Shown here in pieces: positions 40,307 to 53,038 of a stretch of DNA of 64,000 nt. Each line of letters starts with the position of its first letter. The stretch's first letter is position 1. The notes under the pieces are model-generated. The model was not told the origin of the DNA. It made no database searches and worked only from the letters and a program-made list of their open reading frames with translations. The position numbers and the translations under genes were made by a program. The stretch is from Eukaryota sp. GEM-RC1 (taxonomy: Eukaryota), in contig JAUFOQ010000001.1 of the NCBI GenBank assembly GCA_040285855.1, positions 1,054,001 to 1,118,000 of the forward strand. Direction: 5' to 3'.

Positions 40307-40592
40307 CTTTGCGATGTCGATAAACGGTAATGCTGGACCTGCAGTACAAGGTTTATTAACTTCTTTTGGTAAACTGTGATTCAAAGTTTGTAAAATTTTG
40401 AACGAATTTTTTTTGAGTAGCTTAGAGTTTGCGTTGTTTCGTTCAATGTACAGCTACTTTAATTCGATTTTAGATAAGATGTTTGGTGACGGACAGAAGG
40501 ACCATCTTAAAGATGCTTTAGTTAGTGTTTGTTAGTTAATAATTTTTTGCAAATGTATTTATTTCACTGATGAATCATAAACCCCGTTTTTT
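40307..40592 (+). mobile_element. Short 3' fragment of the RLE non-LTR family
   Basis: Colinear with the reverse complement of 22030-22320 (tttgcgatgtcgata..ggacc.gc..caagg..atttatttcactgat..cataaaccccgtttttt). Confidence 0.8.
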
Positions 40593-40711
40593 AGATGGGA
40601 TGTCATGTGAACTTCAATGAGAGTTATTCATAGAGCTGAATTCAAAGATGAAGCTGAATGTAAATCACTGCTGTAAATGAAGGATTTTACCCAGAATGAC
40701 AATGTCCTAGT

Positions 40712-41494
40712 TTATTCAAAGATTTCAAGTTCATGATAAGCCCAATATAATGAAGCAAATGGATAATAATTACCACTACTTAACCTGGGAAGAGTTCCAG
40801 TGAGATTAATTGAAGAATTACTCACGGATTTGATGGTTAAGATGTAATCAATTAGATTTATATTGATTTCGAGTAATGAACCAGGGTTCCACTGAGTACT
40901 GGTTCCTGAGAGACAACCGTAATAATTACCATTACCGTTAAAAATACCGTGAGCATTGACATAACACGCATCATCAACACTAAACTTTGACTCGTCAATG
41001 ACTCCAACAAAAAGACTAATAGTACGCCCCTGGTACCTCAACTTCCAAGTATAATCATTACCTGGAAGAAGTGGATCTTCTCCCAAGATACTTCTCCACT
41101 TATCACCACTAGTTCCAACAACAACTCTTGTACTATCTTCACTAACATGTAACTCAGAATGTTTTCTAGTTTGTGTAAAATTAGGAACCTCATTTAAATC
41201 GAAATTTTGATTGAGAATTGAGCTCACCAGTGATTTAATGAACCATGTCAGTGATTGAGTGGAAGTGCAATATTTTACAAGCGTTTTAAACTCTTCAGTA
41301 GTGATTGCCATCACGTCGTCAATCAAAATGTCATCAACCTTGGAAAAGAAAGGACAAACGAATTCCAGAGCTCTCAAGTCATTTCTGTTATCTGCTTCTT
41401 TAATGAATGCTTTTAACCAAGCCCAGGTCATGAGATGAGTTTTTAGGTGGTTTTCAAACTGGTCAATCAATTTGTTTACTTGAAAGTAGTGGAT
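40712..41494 (-). pseudogene. 5'-truncated BTB-SPRY paralogue with in-frame loss of the coiled coil
   Basis: Aligns with the 47475 gene up to NFDLNEV, then jumps directly to the SPRY start FTQTRKHSEL. Confidence 0.8.
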
Positions 41495-41519
41495 TACATG
41501 AATTTATGGACTTGTAATC

Positions 41520-42184
41520 GTTGAACAATGTTGATCTAATATGATGCTACGGTATATGTGGGCGTATATAAAGGATGTACCACTGTTTAATCTAATGAGT
41601 ACCAATAGTGACTGAAACAATACTCATTGATTTCATTGTTAATGTAAGATTAAGCGGATTTGCATTAAATTCGAGTAATTTCGAAGTATTCACTGAGCCA
41701 TCTTTCCTGAGCGACTACCGGCTGTAAACGTGATCATCTGCACAAACACTACTATTAATATAATGACTACCAATATCAAAATGAAAGGGTGCTCTAGCAC
41801 AGTAGAGTTGTATTCATCACGGACTCCAACAAAAAGCTAATTTTGCACGTGAACAATCAATTATTGTACAGAAAAGGAGTGGGCGAGATTCAAAAATGTA
41901 TATATATAAATTACATTTAATTTGGGTAAATATTAGTTCTTAAAAAACTCGATGAAGCGAAAAAAGTTGTCGGAACTGACATGGAGATGGGAGAAGTCAA
42001 TGGGGTTTTCAAGCTTGTCCCCAAACTCCAAGAACCAGAGGGATCGGAAGTATGTGGAATGAGCTGCTAGTACGAACTTATTAACTTCAATAGATCCTTC
42101 TCCAAATGTAATGGTTTGGTTAGAGAGGAAGGGCTCATCTAGAATGATGGAAAGAGTTTCAATTGAGGATAGAGAGAATCACAT
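41520..42184 (-). pseudogene. Older degenerate BTB-SPRY copy (BTB start 41945-42184, decayed SPRY 41520-41840)
   Basis: NQTITFGEGSIEVNKFVLAAHSTYFRSLWFLEFGDK..PIDFSHL matches the 47475 N-terminus. 41580-41840 aligns at DNA level with the SPRY copies (ttcgagtaatt, tttcctgag.gac, actccaacaaaaag). Confidence 0.65.
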
Positions 42185-42258
42185 TAGAAGCCTAGGCACA
42201 TTAAAGAGAAACAAAAGGCTATGTTTTTCATCTTGTCACAATCTACTTCTAGTAGTAG

Positions 42259-43893
42259 ATGATTAACATTTCTCTTCCTCCCATGTCTAAACTTTCTCCT
42301 CCAGTCAATAGTAGTGGTCTACTAGATGACGTGAATGAATCATCATCTCCTAGTATCTCTTTTCTACCACCACATTCTGATGACCTGGTCGATACCTTAC
42401 GTTCCGCACCTCCCCCCTTCCAAATGCTTAAACCTACAACAGTCTCTGGTTGTCTCAATATGTCACCATTTGTTTAAATGTCTAATTAGGTCTTCTTTTG
42501 AAGTCATCAGTTTCTATTCTAATCTTGATCTCGGGTTTTTTAAGCCAGTTTTACCCACCTTCTTTCACAAAGTTGGTTTTGTAAGTCATCGTTTCTTTGA
42601 TACTGCTGTCCTTGTAGTTAAAGTTTTTATTCAATCCAACACGTTTCCTGTTAATCCAGAATCACTTCCTCAGCTGTGTTCTATTGCTTCATTCTTTGGA
42701 GCAGAGGTACATTCTGTTTTCTTAAAGTCAGGGAGAAACTTTAATGTTGACAATTTTCTTGGTTATTCTAATATTATTACTGGATTAAAAATAGACGTAG
42801 AGAAATCGAGTGACTTGGTGTTTCTCAACAAGTCTGTTTCTTTTTTCCACGACTTAGAAAACTTTACGTGCATCCAGTTGGTGATGTGTCCTTGACTTTG
42901 AATTTGATTGATTTGTTGAAAGTGAATAGTACAGTTACACATCTTACTCTCGATCAACACTGTATTGGATATGAAGGTGTTAAATCATTAGCAGATACTT
43001 TAAAAGTTAATACTACGTTGACTAGTATCGATCTGAGATATATCTCTATCGGAGATGAAGGCGCTAGAGTATTGGCAGATGTGTTCAAAGTCAATAATTC
43101 CGTGAGGACGATTGGTCTACAGCATAACTGTATTGAAGTAGAAGGTGCTATCGCATTTGCCGACATGTTAAAAGTTAACACTACAGCTTTTCATATTGAT
43201 TTGAGTGGTAACGTCATTGGTAATGACGGTGCAAGAGTATTGGCAGATGCGTTAAAAGTCAATACCACAGTGAAACGAATTGCTCTCGATGGAAACTCCA
43301 TTAAATACCAAGGTGCTAGATCTTTGGCAGATATGTTTTCGGTTAATGCTACTGTGACAAGTATCGATCTCATATTCAACTCTATTGGAGATATTGGTGC
43401 TAAAGCAGTAGCAGATGTGTTGAAAGTTAACAATGTACTCACAAATGTTAATCTGGAGTTCAACTCCATTGGAGATATTGGTGCTGAAGCTTTAGCAGAA
43501 GTGTTAAAAGTAAACACTACAGTCACCAACATTGATCTCAATCAAAACTCCATTGGAGATTCTGGTGCTAGTGCTTTAGCAAAAGCGTTAGTTCTTAATA
43601 CCACAGTCACTCAATTGTATCTGGGTCAAAACTGTATCAGTGATGAAGGTGTTAGAGCATTGGCAGACGCATTGAAAATTAATGCTACTGTTAAAAGTAT
43701 TGATCTCTCTGGAAATTCTATAGGAGATGAAGGTGTTAGAGCATTGTCAGACGCATTGATAGTTAATACTACTGTTAAATGTCTTAATCTGCAGGGAAAC
43801 TCCATTGGAGATGACGGAATTCAAGCTCTGACAGATGTGTTGAAAGTGAATACAACAGTTCAAGTGTCTGTTCGATGTGGAGGTATCTTATAA
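42259..43893 (+). CDS. F-box-like N-domain plus about 11 RI-like LRRs (frameshifts near 42400 and 42845)
   Basis: LQQSLVVSI..FFHKVGFVSHRFF..VKVFIQSNT; LKVNTT.T.IDL..NSIGD.GA repeats; paralogue of 14585..16369. Confidence 0.85.
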
Positions 43894-44561
43894 GCTTTTG
43901 ATGTAGTTAGACCAGGCCAAACTTAAGTCAATACTTTTAGTTTCAATTTCTATTTGAATTTTAAATGTGGATCATATCATAAAAAGGGACTGTTTTTTCA
44001 AGCATACATCCAGTTTTAGTATTTCTATTTTTATTTTTCATAATTGTATACCAACATAAAAAAGATTTTGATATCATTAATCTCTTCAAGACTTCCTTAT
44101 TTCACTATCTTTGTACACTCTTAATGGAGAATACGTGTTTTCTTACAGAACTACAAGTAGATCTTAACACAAACGTCAGTTTATTGGAGGGCTTAGTACA
44201 ACGATCTTCTGTAGTGCGTATAGCTGAAGTGGTACAAAAGGAAGGTACGTGGTCTAGTCATCCAGCCATTATTTGATGAATAGTAAGTTATACAACCCTT
44301 TCTGAGTGATTTGATTAGAAATCTGGATGTTTACATTTCGACTCACACCAGTTATAAACTTATATGATCTCTTCTCCCTGTTGTCAGCTGATGCGGAGTC
44401 TTTTTTTGCGCATATTGTAGACGGTTCCATTAAAAAAATTAGTTATAACAAATAGAAACAGAATATATGATGACCATCTTGCAAAATCATAGTGCACACC
44501 ATTTTTAGTCACATCATACCAATATTGGTCTATTTACTTTATACATTGAAAAGAGTAAAAA

Positions 44562-45290
44562 TCAAATTCTATTCTTAAATAATTCATCTTTCGAACTTTC
44601 TGGTTTATGTGGTTCATGTTGTAAAGCTACGAGTACATCCTGAGTGGCATTGGTTACGTGATCCTGTACTAATTCTTCCAACTTAACTTCTCCCCCAAGT
44701 TCTGGTTGTGTGGAAGAGAAATTCAATACGCTAATGACTACTTCCTGTAAAGTCGGGTCTTCAGGATTCATCTTGACGAAAGCTAGTGATTCAGACAGCA
44801 ATTGTCCAAATGTAGTTTCAGGAGTAGCAAGTACATAACAAGGATGTGAAAAGTATCACACCCACCCTTTTGTAGCATGATAATAAACTGTTGGAGCAGA
44901 CATATGACGAACAAGAATAGGCGTAAAGGAAGTTGGGACAGGTGCTGTGAGGAATTGTACATAAAGATTAGTCAAATTACTAGGAATATTAGCGCTGTCA
45001 TGTAGCAACTCGAACTTTTTGATGGGACACGGACCATAGGGCTCAGTATTCTGAAGGCACATAATTATTTTTGATGGCCGAATGTCATTCGATTGTAAGC
45101 CAGAGGCAGTTCTGACACATTCTCGTAGACTGATGACTAAGTTTTCGTTGGGAATCCAAAGCGATTTCCCTTCAGCGAAGAAAATTAATTTATTAAAGTA
45201 ATATGCATTTCTGAAGAACCGTACCGACATAGCATTGTAATCAACTTTATTCAACGATTGCAAGCACCTGATCACCACTATATGATCCAC
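44562..45290 (-). other. Unassigned ORF fragments
   Basis: Two consecutive minus-strand ORFs (144 aa and 79 aa) with protein-like composition and no recognised motif. Confidence 0.25.
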
Positions 45291-46130
45291 TTCTTTATTT
45301 GATGTCTGTTATAGCAAATGAGAGAAATAGGGGTATTATGAAACCAAGATAATATAAAAAGATGAAGGAAAACTATATGTATACACGTGTTTCTCACACC
45401 ATACTCTCAAAAACCCAATAATCGTCGTCTAGAATTTTGCTAAGATAAGGATCCACTGTAGTAGAGTCGATATTATTTCTTGAGAGTACAACCGAGAGCC
45501 AATCAAATTATGTCAGCTCTTATCTCTTATAATTGAGTCATACAAAGTCTTTCAAACTGGTTCGATTATTCCATGAAAAACATTACTCTTCAACCATTCT
45601 AATCATTGGTCATGTAAACTGGTGTGATTGATCTTAGATGCATAAGCAGTTTTAAACAAAGCGGATTTATTTGCTGGGGAAAATACTCAAGAAAACAAGA
45701 TATATAAATAACGATTTTTAAAAAACAAAGTATATACCTAACGAACTAGCTACGACAAAAACTGCATTTATTGTATTGTTTATTGTGTGATCCAGCAATA
45801 ACACTATTGTCCAATCAAATATTGTATTGTATTGTAGGTTTATTGTTTGTGCTTGTTGTAACGAACTACCCAATTCCGAAAAGTAGTTACCACCAAAAAA
45901 TTCGACCAACAAAGAATACTAGTAGAAGATGATTGATAACATTATTCTGTCAAACATACTAGTACTGTAGTTGAGAAATACACATTTTTGTTTTATTTTG
46001 TTGTGATATTTTGTGTATTTTGTGTAGAGTGTGATGAATTTTCCCACTATGTTGTCAAGCATGTTGAACATTAAAAGAAGATTGCTGCTTTAAATGATGA
46101 GACTTACCCACAATGAAGATGTTGTCAACT

Positions 46131-47475
46131 TTATTCAACGATTTCAAGTTCATGATCACTATACCAAAATCCAAAATAAGGATAATAATAACCACTACTT
46201 AATATGGGAAGAGTTCCAGTAAGATTAATTGAAGAATTACTCACGGATTTGATTGTTAAAGCGTAGGTGATTAGATTAGCATTGATTTCGAGTAATTCAC
46301 CAGGATTCCACTCAGTAGTGTTTCCTGAGAGACAACCTTTGACATCACCCTCAGCATTAAAAAAAACCGTGAGCATGTTCAACAGACTCTCCATCAACAG
46401 TAAACTGTGACTCGTCAATAACTCCAACAACAAGAGCAGTGGCAGTCCCCTGGTACCTCAACTTCCAGGTATACACATTACCTGGAAGAAGTGGATCTTC
46501 TCCCAAGATATCTCGGTCCCTGTCACCATCACCACTTCCAAAAACAACTCTCTTTCTATCCCCACTAACTTGCAACTGAGAATGTTTCTTAGTTTGTGAG
46601 AATTTAATTCCTTTAGATTGAGACGCTAGTTGAGCTTCTGTGACTGTCTTTTCAAACTGTTCAATTCGACTTTTTAATTTAGCAATTTCAGAAACTAAAT
46701 TAGAATTTTCCTTCGACAAAGAGTCCACACAACGATCATTAACTCTTTTATAACAAAACTTCATCAACTCCGTCTCCAATTCTTTTACATGTTTTAAAGG
46801 AACAAACAAATACTCTTTCCATTGTTGTAAAGAGAGAGCTTCGACTGAACACGAATTTAAAATATTGGAGACCTCATTCAAATCGAAATTTTGATTGAGA
46901 ATCGAGCTCACCATAGATTTGATGAACCATGACAGTGATTGGGTGGATGTACAGTATTTTACAAGTGTTTTAAACCCTTTAGTAGTGATTGCGATCACGT
47001 CATCAATCAACAGGTCATCAATCTTGGAAAAGAAAGGACCAACGAATTCCAGAGCTCTCAAGTCATTTCGTTCATTTGCTTCATTAATGAATGGTTTTAA
47101 CCAAGCCCATGTTACGAGATGAGTGTTTAGGTGGTTTTCAAACTGGTCTACCAATTTCGTTACTTGAAAGTAGTGGATTAGATAGAAGAAGTGGTACGCA
47201 TTACTGTCAGTGAGAGTGAATGGCTTTCCGTAGAAGGATCTGATGAAAGAAAAGAAAGTGGTGGAACCCCCGGGAAGATGAGAGAAGTCGATGGGGTTAT
47301 CATGTTTATCTCCAAACTCCAAGAACCAGAGAGAGTGAAAGTAGGTAGAACTCGCAGCAAGAACAGTTTTGTTCACTTCAATAGACTCTTCCCCAAAGGA
47401 AATGGTTTGATCAGAGAAGGAGGGGTCAGTGAGGATGCAGCTGAGAGTTTCTGTTGGTAGGAGAGCAAATGACAT
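46131..47475 (-). CDS. BTB/POZ - helical/coiled coil - SPRY-like protein (single frameshift at the A-run near 46360)
   Basis: SDQTISFGEESIEVNKTVLAASSTYFHSLW..YFQV BTB; heptads LSKENSNLVSEIAKLKSRIEQ; SPRY-like C-terminus ending LEIVE. Confidence 0.85.
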
Positions 47476-47511
47476 GTGAAGTCTGGATGGAAATTTGGTG
47501 GAAAATGAAAG

Positions 47512-48405
47512 GAGTTTGACTATAATCTTGACAAAACTGACTAAAATCTTGACAACTTCTCATTTTTGCTAGAAACTTCTCATTTTTGCTAGAATCTTGA
47601 CAGAAGTGGATATTTCCTTGAATGATGTCTTCACTTCCGTTTCATCTGCATCTGTCTTCATATCGTCCTTTGAATCCTGAACTTTCCTTTATGGGTTCTC
47701 TTCAAGAACCATGACATGTGTGACTCACAAATAGCAGTAGTGTAGATCCACTACACTACTACTGTTAGGGACGTGAACTGCTTGCGTCTATTGTTGGTGT
47801 TCGAAAATGATCTTAGCTGTTAGGGGCTCAACAACTTCCTCTTCTGAAATCATCTGCATCATGGTATCTTTTTTAAGGAATGACATCTGGTTATGTTTTC
47901 AGTTTATTCTCATTGTCTTAGCCAAAGTGTTGTATTCTTGATTATGATATAGCTTACGGAATCTGTATAAATGAAATCACTTAACAAGTTTTTTCAACGT
48001 CACCTGATCAACAGTCTTGGACACAGTTGTAGAGTTAACAACATCCATATTACATTGAATGTGATTGTACTCAACAAAATCAGCAGTACCCAACTGAAGA
48101 ACATGTATTAGGTTATGATCTTTATACAAATAAACACAGTATTCATTCGATGACACAAGCAAATAGATATCTTCAAGCATAATGATGATAATATATTCAC
48201 GATACACATCTATATGGTCCTACCATCTTTTTTCTGGAAGACACAAACAATATGATATCTCAGAGAACGCTTTGTTGTAGATCTCACACAACTGAGTTGT
48301 TTGATACACTCTACCTGATAACAAATTGAAGTGAGAAATGCGAAGAGAGAGTTGTAAGAAGTTGTCAAGATTTTAGTCAATTCTGTCAAGATTATAGCAA
48401 AAGTG
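47512..48405. mobile_element. Mutator-like non-autonomous element
   Basis: About 50-bp TIRs (ctataatcttgaca.aa.tgactaaaatcttgacaacttct); 9-bp TSD aaatgaaag at 47503-47511 and 48406-48414. Confidence 0.75.
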
Positions 48406-49627
48406 AAATGAAAGGCATTGTTTCCTGATAACCTCAGCTGGTTTCAAGGTTACCTGACACCACAACACCTGTTCTTATGTCTACAAATGTACACGTTTGT
48501 CTTAAATGGAGTTTGCAGTGTAAACTTCAACCTTACCTGATACTAACACATACCTTCTCCTCCACTTAATTTAATACTAGTCACGGAGTTTCAGACTAGT
48601 AACTGCATCAAATCTATCTCCAGACCTTGGTTCTTCCATTTGTACATCTCAGATGTTGATCTTCTTCAGGTTTGCTTACGGAATCCTAAACATGGTTGTA
48701 CTTCTGTATCGTGAACTCTACTACTACTAGTACATCGTTCTTTCCACTATCTTCTATTGCTTGCCACGTGTCCAATGTCTGTGTGACTTACAACTACATT
48801 CCCTCCACGTGATCTACTGTACTTCTCGATCCTTGGATTATGATGATTCTTATTTGTACTTTTTGTCCTTTTGGTCTCTCCCTTTCTTGTTGTAGAGTGT
48901 TTGAAATCTCCCATCATGTTAGTTACCACTCTGCAATGGGAACTTGTGATTGGTGGTGATCTCATTTAGATCCTTCTTCGGCTTACATCTTTATACAACT
49001 TTTGTACTTCATTTCTTCAACTCTGCGATATCACCAAAGGATTCTGAATGTAATGAAATTTTTACTGTATTGTTGGTAATCTGACTCAGCTGATAACGTT
49101 TAATTAAATAATCAGTAATCAGTAGTAATCTTCAAATACAGTGCTGATTATTAATCCACCGGTTTTCGTCAATCTAAAGTTATTGAAAACGTATTCAGGT
49201 ATACTGATAAGTTCACCAAATTATTTCACAGAATTTTTGTTGTTTTAGTTTTTGAAACGAAATGATGAAAGAAATTTTCATCATTCAGTTGAGTGTTTCT
49301 CACTGAAAATGTATGACAAATTATTGTGAAATCGTATTTCCTAACAGCCAATTCTCCCAATTTTCACTTCCATCACTAACTTGTTTATTGTGTTTTAAGT
49401 CGCCTATCTGTACATAATCACATGTTACAATGGCGGCAAGCAGCTGAAGTCGGTTGAGGCGGTGGTTTTTACAAAACAAAGTTCTTGAATTGTTAAACTG
49501 GAGTCATAAACAAATCATCACACAGCGCGCGCAAGTAGCCTCATAACTTCCATGGTAGAGGCAAAGCTGGTAGAGAGAATTTCCCCTCGTCCAACTTCAA
49601 CATGATGTAAAAAAAACTCTCGTAATT

Positions 49628-51257
49628 TGTTGCCGTAAGGTCAACGTTGATAAGAATGAAGAAGAAAGAAGAGCTTATTATTAAACGAGAAGTCCTTAAG
49701 ACTAAGTGACACTTCATCAGGTCTGAAGATAACTACTAGGTATCACTATCTTCACTGACACTACCCCTTCTCAGCTTTTTTTATAGGGTTTGTATAACAG
49801 CTATTGTCAAAAGTATGTGTAGGTTTATCTATAATGATGGAGTTGATGGATTCCACTTTGGCTGTATAAGAGCATTCATTGGCTTTGGCATTTAAAACCA
49901 CTGTTGCGTTTTCTGTCATTAGAACGCTGCTGGTTGCGAGATTCCACGGCTGGAAGAGAGTCGAGCACAGAACTGTCTTTCTTTAACCACGACGAAACTC
50001 GTGAAAGATCAAGAAGTTCATCTGAAGCAACGGAAATAACTTCAGGGAGAGAAGTTATGAGTTCATCGTTAATACGCGAAATCAACGAACTGGACAGACC
50101 TTTGGGACAAATCCCTCTGGCAAAACGCTTGACCAGAACCTTGTCTGGTAAGCTGAGAGATTCAGCTCGATCCTGAATTCTCACAAACCTGCGCAGATAC
50201 TCGTTCATCCGCTCACGAGGTTCACGAATGCGTACATCCGTACGCAACCTAGAAATCATCTGGTTGAACTCCTCGTAAGTTGAGAATTGTACCTGCCGTT
50301 TGAGATACTCAAGGAGAGCCTCATCAGAAGCTTCAAGGTCAGGCTCGGAGAGATGGAGCGACCTGAGCAAAACTGGATCCAGTATAAGCCGGAGGATTAC
50401 CGTATGCTTCTTGTCTGTAATAGACATATGCACATCAACTTCCTCGAGGAAGGTTTGAATATCGTTCCTTGTGACTTTGACGGGAACCAGAATGCAAGAT
50501 CTCGGAACTTTCTAGGGTTAGTAGATGAGAAAGTCATAGGCCAATAATTACTGTTGCCATAAGGTCAACGTTGATAAGAACATAGTTGGGAAATACACCA
50601 CCTCCGAAAATATAACACATAAATACAAAAATCCACTAAAATACAAATTTCTAACAGAATTATATTATGGTATTTGCTTTTGTTGAAATATTAGAAATAC
50701 CGCTGAATATCAACAATCAATGTCACTTTCGATTAATTCTGAGACATGATCAGATTCTACATTCTGATTTACCACTCACATTGAGTGTTTACATTTTGCA
50801 AAGTGTATCTAGAACTTTCATCATCTCAAATTTGGTGGCGCTGATTGCGTATTTTGATCACGTCTCAATTATAAAACAATCTTAATCAATTAGTCCGTCT
50901 ATTTTACGACCAATTCAAAGGTACTGGGCATAATCAAATGTGTTTTACAGAAGAATACTATGAGTGTTGTGTTGGTTAAGTAGATTCATAACTTAATGTT
51001 ACTGATTTGATTTATGTAGGCATATGACTACTTGGATAGTCAAAATTAGCTTTCTGGAAAATATACAAAAAATACAAAAACAATACTAAAATCGAATTTA
51101 AAAAAAAAGTACAAATAATACAAAACAGTGTATTTCCCAACTATGGATAAGAATAAAGAAGACAGAAGAGCTTATTATTAAACGGAAAGTCCTTAAGACT
51201 AAGTGACACTTCATCAGATGTGAAGATATCTATTGAGTATCGCTATCTTCTCTCACA
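49628..51257 (-). mobile_element. Gag-only mini LTR retroelement (LTRs 49628-49760 and 50552-51257, the latter split by a MITE)
   Basis: 133-bp TG..CA direct repeats, PPT gagaaggggtag at 49761-49772, gag-like ORF 49876..50433, flanks taatt / tattt. Confidence 0.8.
50581..51145. mobile_element. hAT-type MITE inserted in the LTR
   Basis: Perfect 18-bp TIR catagttgggaaatacac; perfect 8-bp TSD gataagaa; empty site visible in the other LTR. Confidence 0.93.
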
Positions 51258-51779
51258 TATTTTTTTCTTCAATTGCAACTTAATGACGAAATATGACTTG
51301 ATAGTATTTCTAGAAGACAATTTTTTTAGATTACAACGTACTGCATCCCGAGACACTAAACTACGAGCAGTCTACACTTTTCTTTACACAGATTGGTGCA
51401 CTTTTCATAGTGTCTCAGATTACTAAATCATCATGGGTTTGGGAAGCTTTTCATCCAAAAGACATCAACAACTCTACCTTTAGAACATAGTTCGTGTTAC
51501 CGGTGAGAAACAAATTGTTCATCGTAGATTTATTTGAGAATGACTGTGTGTTGTTCCTCCAAGAAATACGACAAAGACTACTGAGCATCTTTGGACCCAC
51601 ATTATCTATTTCCGATACATACAGATTTCTAGTTCACAAGGTATATAATCGTAAAAAAATGACTGTTATGGTTAGACAAGCCAAACTGAGACCGATTCTA
51701 TTATTTAAAAAAAGATTAACACCTGAAATAGGCTGGATACTACATACATAGCATGTACTTATTGAGACCTCATCACAGC

Positions 51780-53038
51780 CAGCATCTACTTCTATCTCCT
51801 TTCATAAATGCAGCAGCAGCATGTGAACATGGATATCGAAGCTGCTGCCATCTTAAACAATCACACAGCTTGTCCTATATGTTCACCCTCTTGTATTGGC
51901 CACTTGTATGATGTACTTCAAATAAATCATTGCCTCTGTTAAGAGTTGTGTACTCACCCTGTCAACACTAACATCGATTTCTTGCAATGGTTTGGACAAT
52001 CTTCTGGTTATTGGCCAACATTTCTAGCCTTGCTCTTGTCTAGTGACAATCCGCGTACAGTAAACTGTCTCTAATTGCAACCCCTGTAATTGAAAACTCT
52101 CTGAAATTGCAACAAAAACCCATGCCACCGAGTAAAAGAATACCAAATTGAAAATTGCAACAATTGCAACAGTTTTTGAGACGTAATTGAAACATTGAAG
52201 TCAACATTCTACTGTATTCTGGTTGTCGCATCTATAGCTAGATGCCATATATTGATGTTAGTGTGGAGAAAGAAGAAGACGTTGTTGTGTTTCATAAATC
52301 CTACAGTACCCTTCTGGTTTTTCCCATCATCAACTTCAATATACCGTTCACAGTACTGAACATCAACCAAAAGTCAAATACAAATGCATGCTCGTAAATA
52401 TGTTGAAGATGATGAAAATACAGAAACTGTAACTGCAGAACCTTTCCTCAAAACAGGAACTGAATCATTGTTTGAGAATTTTGTTCAATCGAGTTCAAAT
52501 ACATTAGTTTAATGACTTCACTGCTCTAAATCAAGTGATGATAGATCTTCCAGTAGTGCTTGGGGAAAAGAGGAAGAAACATTGGTTCATTTTTTTGTCA
52601 CCCTTACGAAATATTAACGAAACACTTACTTTGTACCATTGTATAAAGAGTACTGTCGATATTAAGTAAAAGTATTTTTACAACGCGGGATGATTAATTT
52701 GAGTCAAGATAATAACATTTGTTTAAGTCCGAGCCTTCATGGTAGTTGTATTGTGGATCAGACTTGTTAATTTGCTCTTGCAGACTAATTAATAACATAT
52801 TTGATGTTCTGGAATAAATATGGATGTTGTATTTAGGTTTTGGTAGCTTCATAGAAATTCTCTGTAATTGAAAACTCTCTGTAATTGAAACGAAACTCCA
52901 TTCACCAAGTCGTTTCAATTAGAGAGAGTTTACTGTAGATACAACATCTCTTATAGCCTCTAATGCTTCTATAACCGAAGGTCCTCGAGATGCCTTCAAT
53001 ACTGCATTAAGAGACGCCGAGATGTTGGAGGTCATATG
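51780..53038 (-). mobile_element. MuDR/MULE transposase relic with SWIM finger, interrupted by a MITE
   Basis: HMTSNISASLNAVLKASRGPSVIEALEAIR at 53038-52950 and FEV..RVNI..KLCDCLRWQQLRYPCSHAAAA at about 51925-51810. Confidence 0.8.
52058..52935. mobile_element. Tc1/pogo-type non-autonomous element
   Basis: TIR cagtaaact(g/c)tctctaattg(c/a)aac, TA on both sides, subterminal taattgaaa repeats. Confidence 0.88.
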
